Under the pieces are notes generated by a model. The model saw nothing but the letters and a program-made list of their open reading frames with translations, did not search any database and was not told where the DNA came from. Positions 56,286 to 64,000 of a DNA stretch of 64,000 bases are shown piece after piece (within the stretch, counting starts at the first letter, position 1; each line of letters starts with the position of its first letter). The stretch is taken from positions 15,068-79,067 of the forward strand of contig CAYJPN010000014.1 of assembly GCA_964372115.1 (NCBI GenBank). The letters are read 5' to 3'. This DNA is from an uncultured Ignavibacteriaceae bacterium (GTDB lineage: Bacteria > Bacteroidota > Ignavibacteria > Ignavibacteriales > Ignavibacteriaceae). Both the position numbers and the translations under genes were made by a program.

Positions 56286-56680
56286 CGATATCCTGTGTTA
56301 TCATAAAAAGAAATTTATCAACCATTAAACAATTTTTCTGTTCAAGAAGTTTAATAAGGAGCCAATTAAAAATTAATCAGCCATTGGAAGTACATTCCCG
56401 TATAAATAATTGGATGGAAAATGGGCAAAACTGTACAGTATTACAACCTGAAATTACCTCCCCTGACTCAAAAACAACTAAACAAGTAAATATTTTTCTA
56501 AATGAAAATTTACTATTTTTACACTGCTAATCTTCCAAAAGGATTACTTAATTTTATCAGAAAATATTCGATTATTAAATGTAGTCAGTTTGCTATCTGA
56601 CCACTCTTTTTATCAGTTTTGTGATTTAATTGGTTAAACCAATTAACACATGATGAATCTCACTTAATTAATATATATAT

Positions 56681-57958
56681 ATGAACAATTCAGGCATTAA
56701 ATCAAAAGCAGAAGCACCTTTCGCGGATAGTTTGAACGAAGAGCAATGTCCAGCTTATTCTGAAAAGCCTGATTTAATTGAGAACACTCTTATCAGAGAA
56801 TTGCTTTACAATTCCATAGATGCTTCTTTCATAACAAACTCAGAATTAGAAATTTTGTTCTGGAACAATTCTGCAGTCCAAATGTTTGGATATACACATG
56901 AGGATATATTTCATAAGAAACTCACTTCAATGCTAATGCCTCCCCGATATGCCGGACTGTTTGAAGATGAATTTGAGAAGATAAAACAGAAGTTATCAAA
57001 AGAACCGGTTAAAGAATTATTTGAACTATATGCAATAAAAAACGATGCAGAGGTTTTTCCGGTTGAAATTGCGCTTACAACAATGCTTCAAAATAACGGA
57101 TGCTATTCGATCGGTCTTATTCGTGACATCACCCTTGTAAAATCTACCGAAGAAGAGTTAAATAAACATATAGAAGAAATTCAGATGAGCCGTGACGTTA
57201 TTGAACAGCATGCGGTTGAAATGATAGAACTTACAAACAAGTTAAGTGAATCGGAAGAAAAACTTCAACAGTTAAATGCCGATAAGGATAAATTTTTCTC
57301 TATAATCTCTCACGATCTCCGCAGCCCGTTCACAGGGTTAATTGGCTTCTCCGAAATACTCTCGACCGAAGCTGAAACTATGAGTCGCCAAGAAATAAAA
57401 GAGTATTCGACGATGGTTTCTACATCTGTTAAAAGTGTTTTTAATTTGTTGGAAAATCTTCTGCACTGGTCCCGGCTTCAACGCGGCAATATCGATTTTA
57501 AACCAACCCGGATTCCTTTAAAAAACATTGCGCAACAGATTTTAAACTTATATTCCAATAATGCCAAGTTTAAAGATATTTCTTTAATAAACACATTAAG
57601 TGATTCAATTACAGCTTTTGCAGATGCGCAGATGATTGATACAGTGATGCGCAATCTTGTTTCGAACGCATTAAAATTTACCCCTTCGGGAGGGTGTATA
57701 ACAATTTCGGGGCGCCAGGTTGATGATAAAATTGAAGTCAGCATTTCTGATACCGGAATCGGAATTCCGGAGGAAGAGATGCATAAACTTTTTCAAATTG
57801 GTGTTGATGTAAAACAGAGTGTTAACAGCGCCGAAAAAGGGACTGGACTTGGTTTATTATTATGTAAAGATTTTGTTGAAAAAAATAGTGGGTTAATTCG
57901 TGCTGAAAGTAAACCGGGGGAAGGAACCTCGTTCATTTTTTCACTGCCTTTGAGTTGA
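56681..57958 (+). CDS. PAS-domain sensor histidine kinase (cytoplasmic)
   Basis: PAS-like N-region, coiled linker, H-box FFSIISHDLRSPF, NLVSNALKFTP, DTGIGIP, GTGLGLLLCKDF. Confidence 0.85.
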   Translation: MNNSGIKSKAEAPFADSLNEEQCPAYSEKPDLIENTLIRELLYNSIDASFITNSELEILFWNNSAVQMFGYTHEDIFHKKLTSMLMPPRYAGLFEDEFEKIKQKLSKEPVKELFELYAIKNDAEVFPVEIALTTMLQNNGCYSIGLIRDITLVKSTEEELNKHIEEIQMSRDVIEQHAVEMIELTNKLSESEEKLQQLNADKDKFFSIISHDLRSPFTGLIGFSEILSTEAETMSRQEIKEYSTMVSTSVKSVFNLLENLLHWSRLQRGNIDFKPTRIPLKNIAQQILNLYSNNAKFKDISLINTLSDSITAFADAQMIDTVMRNLVSNALKFTPSGGCITISGRQVDDKIEVSISDTGIGIPEEEMHKLFQIGVDVKQSVNSAEKGTGLGLLLCKDFVEKNSGLIRAESKPGEGTSFIFSLPLS

Positions 57959-57977
57959 TTGTTTTTATTAAGATAAG

Positions 57978-60900
57978 ATGAAGATTTTTTTTATAATATT
58001 ATTATTTTCGGTTTCTCTTGCCGCTCAGCGCGCAAATTTTATAAATCTTACCACTAAGAGCGGTTTGAACGAGGCGCAGATTTATTCCATCCTTCAAGAT
58101 AAAAAAGGATTTATTTATCTCGGCACAAACGGCGGCGGCGTCAATAAATTTGACGGCTCATATTTCCAGACAATTAATACAACCAATGGTATAGGCGGCA
58201 ATGTTATTTACAAGTTGTTACAAGACCATAAAAACAACATCTGGGCAGCTACTAACGGGGGACTAACAAAATACGACGGGAAAAAATTCTACAACTTTTC
58301 GCAGCAAAATTCATCGTTGAATGCAAATTCAATACTCACTGTGTTTGAAGATTCAAATGGACAATTATGGCTTGGAACCAATGCCGGGGTGTACCGCTAT
58401 GATGGAAATAATTTTACAAAAGTAAATATTTCATCGTTACCCGAAAAATTTGAAGTTTTAGACTTTGCGGAAGATAACAATCAAAACATCTGGGCGGGTA
58501 GCGAAATAGGGTTAATTAAAATTTCCGGCGATAGTATAAAAATATTAACAAAAGATGATGGACTTCCAAACAGTTCTGTATGGTCACTTCGTTTTGATCG
58601 TGCGAATATTTTATGGGTAGGCACGAAAGAAGGTATATGTTCCATTTCAAACAACGTTATTACAAAATACAAGCAACAGGGATTAAACGACGTTCCTATC
58701 TGGGCTATTTATCAAGACAAAAGAAACCGTATTTGGATTGGTTCCAGTGATGGGCTTTACAAATATGATGGCAATCTTTTTCAGCGTTATACAAAACAAG
58801 AAGGATTAATCAATAACACCATATGGGCTATTACCGAAGACTCTGAGGGGAATTTATGGATAGGAACAACCAACGGTGTAAGCATATTAAAAGATGAAAA
58901 TTTTACACGCTATGATAAATCAAATCTAATCGAAGGTATCTGGTCAATTACAGAAATGAACGGATCACTTTTGATAGCAACAGAAAGTGCCGGACTTGTT
59001 TCATTTTCCAATAATAAATTTTCTGTCTATTCTCCGTCTTATTTTCCTTCCGGTAAGGCAATCTGGAGTCTTTTTAAGGACTCAAAAGGGAACCTATGGA
59101 TTGGGACAGAAGACGGTGTAATAAGGAGGACAGATGACAACCAATATTCAAGAGACCTTGAGGGAAAATCTATCTTAACTATTTATGAGGATAAAAAAGG
59201 TAACATCTGGTTTGGAACTTTTCTTTATGGAATTTTCAAATTTGACGGCGAAAAATTTTCAGCCTTCCCTCTGCCTATAAAATCGTATATCCCTGTACAC
59301 TCTTTTCTTGACGATTCGCGGGGAACATTTTGGGCTGCTACAGATAAGATGCTTTACAAATTGCAGAGTAATGTTTTTGTTGAAGCTGAAGAGGCGAAAC
59401 AACTCGGAGGTTATGCAATAATAAAAGTAATTGAGGATGATTACAAAAATCTTTGGTTCGGTCTTTACGGCGGTGGAATTGCATTTTATAATGTTAAGAC
59501 AAATACAGTACGACACATTACTACAAATGAAGGATTAAACAATAATTCTGTTTTAATAATGCAATTCGATAAAAATGATTATATGTGGATAGGTACGAAC
59601 ACTGGATTAAACAGGCTTAACTGGAAAAAATACGCCTCAGACGGCATTATTGATTTATTGGCATACAATTCTACCGATGGTTTACCCGGTACCGAATGTA
59701 ATCAGGGAGCTGCACTTCTTGACAGTAAAGGATATTTTTGGATTGGTACAAGCGGTGGATTACTAAAGTTTAAGCCATCCGAAATAAAAATAAAAAGCGA
59801 TGAAAATAAAACTTATATTACAGATTTACGCTTGTTTTTGGAGAACGTGGATTTAACACCCTATTCTTCCGAGATAATCAACCCTTATGAAAGTATTCCA
59901 CCCGAAATAAAGTTACCCTACGATCAAAATCATTTAACATTCGATTTTGTGGGAATAAACTATTTGAGCCCGATGTCTGTTAGGTACCAATATAAACTTA
60001 AAGGTTTTGACAAAAAGTGGTCACCTGTTACAAATAAAAACAGCGCAACGTATTCTAACCTGCCTCCCGGTAAATATACATTTATCGTTAAATCGAGAAA
60101 TATTTTTAATATCTGGAATAGTGTGCCAGCATCATATTCTTTTACTATCGAAAAACCATTCTGGCAGACTTATTGGTTTTATTCATTTGTAATAATCTTC
60201 AGTCTTGGTTCAGCCTATGGTTTTTATAAAATAAGAATAGAAAAAATTCAAAAAAGAAACCGGGCGCTACAACAAAGAATAAAAGAGCGTATGGAATTCG
60301 AAGGAAAACTTGCTCAATCCGAACAAGATTACCGTGGATTATTCGAGAATGCCCACGATGCGATCTTGATTACAAACCCGCACTCTATTTTAATCTATGA
60401 TGCTAATGATTCTGCCGCACAATTGTATGGTTATAATTTAAGCGAGTTAAAAAAACTTTCGCTGCTCGATTTATCCGCAGAGAAAGAGAGTTCATGGAAT
60501 TTTTGGGAGTCTTTCGTTGAGCAAAAAAAGTTTCAAAACCTTGAAGCAACCTATAAAAAGAAAGATGGGAGTATTATATATATCGATATAAACGCAACGA
60601 TGATAAAATACAAAGGCAAAGATGCAATTCTTTCAATTCATCGGGATATTTCGGAACGTAAAAAGTATGAAAGCGTACTTTTGGAAGCAAAAGAAAATGC
60701 TGAAAAATCGGATAGACTAAAAACCGAATTTCTTGCTCAAATGTCGCACGAAATAAGAACACCAATAAATAGTATTTTAAGTTATAGCTCACTTATAAAA
60801 GAAGAACTCGCGGACAAAATTCAACCTTTTATCCAGAGTTGTTTTGAAACTATTGAAACAGCAAGCACGAGACTGATAAGAACGGTTGATTCGATACTGA

Positions 60901-61406
60901 ACATGGCGCAAATTCAGACCGGTAATTTTGAAATAGACAATGAAATTATCGACCTTAAAGATAACATACTAAAAGAGTTGACAGAAGAGTTTACCCATTT
61001 AGCGAAACAAAAAGGGCTCGAATTAAATTTTGTTGACCGTTCTGAGAATAGACTGGTAGAATCTGATAAATATACCACCACTCATCTTTTTGCAAATCTA
61101 ATTGAAAATGCAGTTAAATATACTAAATCGGGAAGCATCAAGATTGTATTATACAATAACCAAAACTACATGACTTGTGTTGATATAATTGATACGGGAA
61201 TCGGTATTTCTGCCGAATACTTGCCCAATCTTTTTGAGGCGTTTTCACAGGAAGATCAGGGATATTCGAGGAAATATGAAGGAAACGGTTTGGGGCTGGC
61301 ACTTGTAAAAAAATACTGTGAAATGAACAATGCCGAAATTTCAGTAAAGAGTAAAAAGGATGTGGGAACAACTTTCACCGTAACATTCAAACCTTTTATT
61401 AATTAG
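57978..61406 (+). CDS. Hybrid-architecture sensor histidine kinase: propeller repeats, Y_Y_Y, TM, PAS, HisKA, HATPase_c
   Basis: Repeated LW.GT..G units, VRYQYKLKGFDKKW...PGKYTFIVKS (Y_Y_Y), one TM segment, a PAS region, FLAQMSHEIRTPIN H-box, DTGIGIS, GNGLGLALVKKY. Confidence 0.85.
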   Translation: MKIFFIILLFSVSLAAQRANFINLTTKSGLNEAQIYSILQDKKGFIYLGTNGGGVNKFDGSYFQTINTTNGIGGNVIYKLLQDHKNNIWAATNGGLTKYDGKKFYNFSQQNSSLNANSILTVFEDSNGQLWLGTNAGVYRYDGNNFTKVNISSLPEKFEVLDFAEDNNQNIWAGSEIGLIKISGDSIKILTKDDGLPNSSVWSLRFDRANILWVGTKEGICSISNNVITKYKQQGLNDVPIWAIYQDKRNRIWIGSSDGLYKYDGNLFQRYTKQEGLINNTIWAITEDSEGNLWIGTTNGVSILKDENFTRYDKSNLIEGIWSITEMNGSLLIATESAGLVSFSNNKFSVYSPSYFPSGKAIWSLFKDSKGNLWIGTEDGVIRRTDDNQYSRDLEGKSILTIYEDKKGNIWFGTFLYGIFKFDGEKFSAFPLPIKSYIPVHSFLDDSRGTFWAATDKMLYKLQSNVFVEAEEAKQLGGYAIIKVIEDDYKNLWFGLYGGGIAFYNVKTNTVRHITTNEGLNNNSVLIMQFDKNDYMWIGTNTGLNRLNWKKYASDGIIDLLAYNSTDGLPGTECNQGAALLDSKGYFWIGTSGGLLKFKPSEIKIKSDENKTYITDLRLFLENVDLTPYSSEIINPYESIPPEIKLPYDQNHLTFDFVGINYLSPMSVRYQYKLKGFDKKWSPVTNKNSATYSNLPPGKYTFIVKSRNIFNIWNSVPASYSFTIEKPFWQTYWFYSFVIIFSLGSAYGFYKIRIEKIQKRNRALQQRIKERMEFEGKLAQSEQDYRGLFENAHDAILITNPHSILIYDANDSAAQLYGYNLSELKKLSLLDLSAEKESSWNFWESFVEQKKFQNLEATYKKKDGSIIYIDINATMIKYKGKDAILSIHRDISERKKYESVLLEAKENAEKSDRLKTEFLAQMSHEIRTPINSILSYSSLIKEELADKIQPFIQSCFETIETASTRLIRTVDSILNMAQIQTGNFEIDNEIIDLKDNILKELTEEFTHLAKQKGLELNFVDRSENRLVESDKYTTTHLFANLIENAVKYTKSGSIKIVLYNNQNYMTCVDIIDTGIGISAEYLPNLFEAFSQEDQGYSRKYEGNGLGLALVKKYCEMNNAEISVKSKKDVGTTFTVTFKPFIN

Positions 61407-61504
61407 CTGCCAACGCCTTTGAGAGTAAAATATCCGTTTTAGTAACCCTGTTGTTTACACTTAATTGGCAAAATATTTTTTTACTGAATATTTAAAGCTG
61501 TTCT

Positions 61505-61570
61505 CTAAAACATAGCGCGGCAAGCCGCAAGTTAAAGTTAAAAGCATAAAAAATATATTGACATAAAAAA
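61505..61570 (+). repeat. Intergenic repeat element, copy B
   Basis: CATAGCGCGGCAAGCCGCAAGTTAAAGTTAAAAGCATAAAAAATATATTGACATAAAAAA, immediately followed by the palindrome-family 20-mer at 61570-61589. It lies between convergent genes. Confidence 0.75.
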
Positions 61571-61608
61571 TCCGTTGGCTAACAGATACATTCCAATGCC
61601 ATATCTTA

Positions 61609-62664
61609 TCACTCCGAAAGAATAGTTCCGCCGCCGAGGCACTCATCATCCAGGTAAAATACGGCAAACTGCCCTGGTGCAATTCCCTGGTCGGCTGTTT
61701 CGAGTTTTATTAATGCCTTTTGATTTTGATAATTTGAAAAACTGCAGTTGTAAAACCTGGCGCCATGCCTAATTTTTACTTTATAATTACCGTCGCCAGG
61801 CGCTTCATTATTTATCCAGTTAAACTTTCCGGCAAAAAATTCGTCACGACTTCGTCGAGCGATATTTTCGCGGGAAATATAAATAAGGTTTTCATTGATG
61901 TCTTTTTTTACTACATACCAGGGACCACCGGATAACCCCAAACCGGAACGCTGCCCGATTGTAAAAAAATAATAACCGGGATGTTCTCCAAGTTTTTTAC
62001 CGCTTTCTAATTCTATAATATCACCTTTAATTTCGCCGAGGTGATGTTTTATAAAATCATTAAATCTTATTTGCCCGAGAAAACAAATTCCCTGACTGTC
62101 TTTTCTTTCTTTATTCGGCAAATTAAATTTTTGTGCAAGCTTTCTTACTTCAGGTTTATTCAGATGGCCAAGAGGAAACAAGGCGCGGCTTAATTGTGCT
62201 TGACTTAGATAGGCTAAAAAATATGTTTGGTCTTTTACAGGGTCTGGCGCCTGTTTAAGAATGAACCTGTTATCATTTTTATCGACAAGTGCATAATGAC
62301 CTGTTGCGACTTTTTCAAAAGAATTGTCAATTTTGTCATAAAACTGTCCGAATTTTATTAGGCTGTTACAATAAATATCCGGGTTTGGTGTACGCCCCTC
62401 TTTTATTTCGCTAATAGTGTATGTAACAACCGAATCCCAATATTCGGCTTGAAGGTTTAAGACTTCCAGCGGTACATTAATTTGGCTGCACACAGCACGA
62501 ACATATTCGAGGTCTTCTTCCCAGGGGCAATCACCCAAAAAAGAGAACTCATCCTGGAGCCATATTTTCAGATAGAAGGCTGTTAAATCATGTCCTTCTT
62601 CTTTTAATAATCTTAAAGCAACCGAGCTGTCAACTCCGCCTGAAACTAAAACTGCAATTTTCAT
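61609..62664 (-). CDS. mnmA: tRNA-specific 2-thiouridylase
   Basis: MKIAVLVSGGVDSSVA PP-loop, ATGHYA, and the DQTYFL and ICF motifs. 351 aa. Confidence 0.9.
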   Translation of the reverse strand: MKIAVLVSGGVDSSVALRLLKEEGHDLTAFYLKIWLQDEFSFLGDCPWEEDLEYVRAVCSQINVPLEVLNLQAEYWDSVVTYTISEIKEGRTPNPDIYCNSLIKFGQFYDKIDNSFEKVATGHYALVDKNDNRFILKQAPDPVKDQTYFLAYLSQAQLSRALFPLGHLNKPEVRKLAQKFNLPNKERKDSQGICFLGQIRFNDFIKHHLGEIKGDIIELESGKKLGEHPGYYFFTIGQRSGLGLSGGPWYVVKKDINENLIYISRENIARRSRDEFFAGKFNWINNEAPGDGNYKVKIRHGARFYNCSFSNYQNQKALIKLETADQGIAPGQFAVFYLDDECLGGGTILSE

Positions 62665-63161
62665 TCAACTTTTTTCTTTTTGCCGGCTTTATTAATTTTT
62701 TCAAGCACCTCATCATAAACCGGCTGAGGCACCTTGCTTAAAATTAAAGTGCCGAGTTCTCTTCCCTTATTTATATTTTGATAAAATCCTATCCATATTT
62801 TACTTTCATGGTCGCAAAACCGCATAATACCACGGGGTTTTCCGTCAAAAATTCCACCTTCTAATTTGTCTATGTTATTAAAATAAACTGTTCTTGTTTT
62901 ATTCGACATAAAAAAATTGCCGCACACAAGTTTTTCATCATCCGCTTCAATTTTGTATGCCATTATTTTGTATAACATCAAAAAGTGCTTATTAAGAAAA
63001 TAAATTATTAGAAGCGTTAGTAAAAACGGGACCAGAAAAATTAAATGTTTGTCAATACCAGCGCCCCAGTATACAAGGTAAAGTGCAAGAAAAATTGTAA
63101 GCGGAATATTAGCGTATTTATAAACCAACCTGTAAAAAACGGAGTACTTATATATCTTCAA
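62661..63161 (-). CDS. Hypothetical membrane protein (two TM segments plus a small soluble domain)
   Basis: 166 aa. Its stop overlaps the mnmA start by 4 nt. No recognised family. Confidence 0.5.
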   Translation of the reverse strand: MKIYKYSVFYRLVYKYANIPLTIFLALYLVYWGAGIDKHLIFLVPFLLTLLIIYFLNKHFLMLYKIMAYKIEADDEKLVCGNFFMSNKTRTVYFNNIDKLEGGIFDGKPRGIMRFCDHESKIWIGFYQNINKGRELGTLILSKVPQPVYDEVLEKINKAGKKKKVE

Positions 63162-63308
63162 TAGTTTTCCAATATTAACTGCGCAAATTTATAAAGAAAT
63201 AACCAAAGTAGCGGGAGAAATATTCGGAACTAAATTGAAACCGTATTACAGACCACGCGCGCAAATTAATTTTAACAGTGTATTTTTGTTTGCCTAACCG
63301 ACATAATA

Positions 63309-64000
63309 TTAAATTTGTTCGAGCAGCCACGATTTTCTTTTTAACAGCTCCGTCATTGTTTCCTGATCGATCGGCTTACCGCCGATTTTTATCCATTTTT
63401 TATGCGGCAAATTCCAGTCAACTCGCCCGGTTGTTTCATTAAGTTTTATGGCAACATCCCGCGCTATAGCTTTAATATCACTTCTAAGTTTTTCAATTTG
63501 CACATAAACAGGCGCCTCTTCTTGTTTATGAATGATCACAACTTCCTTGCTCTTTTGTTTTTTCCCCGGTTTTTCAGGTATCGCAAACTCTCTACCGAAA
63601 TCAAGTTCTAATTGAACTTTATCGGTAGCCACCGAGTGTATTGCCTCAAATGTCGACTCCTCTTTTTCCTTTTCTCGTTTTAAAGACGGATCGATATCGA
63701 AAATATTTTTTAAATAATCTTTTTTATTTATATAGTGGTCGCGCTCCAACTCAATTTCTTTTGCGTACTCAACAAGTACAATGTCTTTCGGCATATAAAT
63801 GTAAGCATCCTGCTCGCCGATGTCTTTCTGTTGACGAACAAAACGCCCGACCGCCTGCCTAAAAAATAGTTCGCTTTTTATATTTGTTGCATAAACCCCT
63901 ACGCGCAGCCTTGGTATATCTACCCCCTCCGAAACCATTTTTACTGCAATTAACCATCGCTCGGAACTATTGTTAAATTCCTTTATTTTTTTTGAAGCTT
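63309..64000 (-). CDS. C-terminal part of an SF2 (DEAD/DEAH, type III restriction Res-like) helicase; N-terminus lies outside the window
   Basis: VSEGVDIPRL and FRQAVGRFVR are helicase motifs V/VI. The frame stays open upstream of the listed Met to base 64000. Confidence 0.7.
   Translation of the reverse strand, partial: ASKKIKEFNNSSERWLIAVKMVSEGVDIPRLRVGVYATNIKSELFFRQAVGRFVRQQKDIGEQDAYIYMPKDIVLVEYAKEIELERDHYINKKDYLKNIFDIDPSLKREKEKEESTFEAIHSVATDKVQLELDFGREFAIPEKPGKKQKSKEVVIIHKQEEAPVYVQIEKLRSDIKAIARDVAIKLNETTGRVDWNLPHKKWIKIGGKPIDQETMTELLKRKSWLLEQI

Noticed and set aside
1-64000. Search for CRISPR arrays, rRNA genes, transposases, integrases, reverse transcriptases, or toxin-antitoxin pairs
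   Set aside because: No regularly spaced direct repeats with unique spacers are present, and there is no rRNA-like sequence. None of the listed ORFs shows DDE/HUH, tyrosine- or serine-recombinase, or RT (YxDD) motifs.

Overview
This looks like a 64 kb chromosomal segment from a low-GC FCB-group bacterium. That inference rests on the many T9SS C-terminal sorting domains of the NYPNPFNP type, an Ignavibacteria/Bacteroidota-like style. I see no rRNA, CRISPR array, transposase, integrase or reverse transcriptase.

Layout:
- 1-8.5 kb: housekeeping genes on the + strand (nuclease domain, cell-wall amidase, SpmA/B-like membrane protein, 2-hydroxyacid dehydrogenase, alanine dehydrogenase, CoA-transferase, metallophosphoesterase).
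- 8.7-11.4 kb: tRNA-Asn(GTT), then a broken second tRNA copy, a folded non-coding stretch, a cupin gene, and about 1.5 kb of decayed DNA holding iteron-like 21-bp repeats and a T9SS-CTD pseudogene.
- 11.4-21.6 kb: Na+/solute symporter, an OmpR-type two-component pair, and an acyl-CoA ligase / FadL-type porin / Cys-rich MerR cluster that includes a disrupted gene.
- 21.8-45.9 kb: an island of eight T9SS cargo genes. Three are tandem paralogs sharing a roughly 600-bp C-terminal module. The island also holds a Y_Y_Y sensor kinase with a LuxR-type regulator, two copies of a conserved promoter-like element, and one cargo gene split by a single in-frame TAA.
- 45.9-64 kb: serine hydrolase, a translationally coupled pair (177-aa unknown protein plus an SNF2-type ATPase with a degenerate Mrr-like tail), S46 peptidase, TonB-type receptor, two sensor kinases, mnmA, and a partial SF2 helicase.

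Most interesting signals:
1. The uncharacterised small-protein/SNF2 pair.
2. In-frame hairpin and heptanucleotide cassettes at two fixed sites in the otherwise conserved T9SS modules. They share sequence character with intergenic repeat families in the same window.
3. A recurring intergenic palindrome family, CCGTTnnCTAACnG.
4. The tRNA-adjacent scar.

All family assignments come from motif reading by eye. No searches were run.
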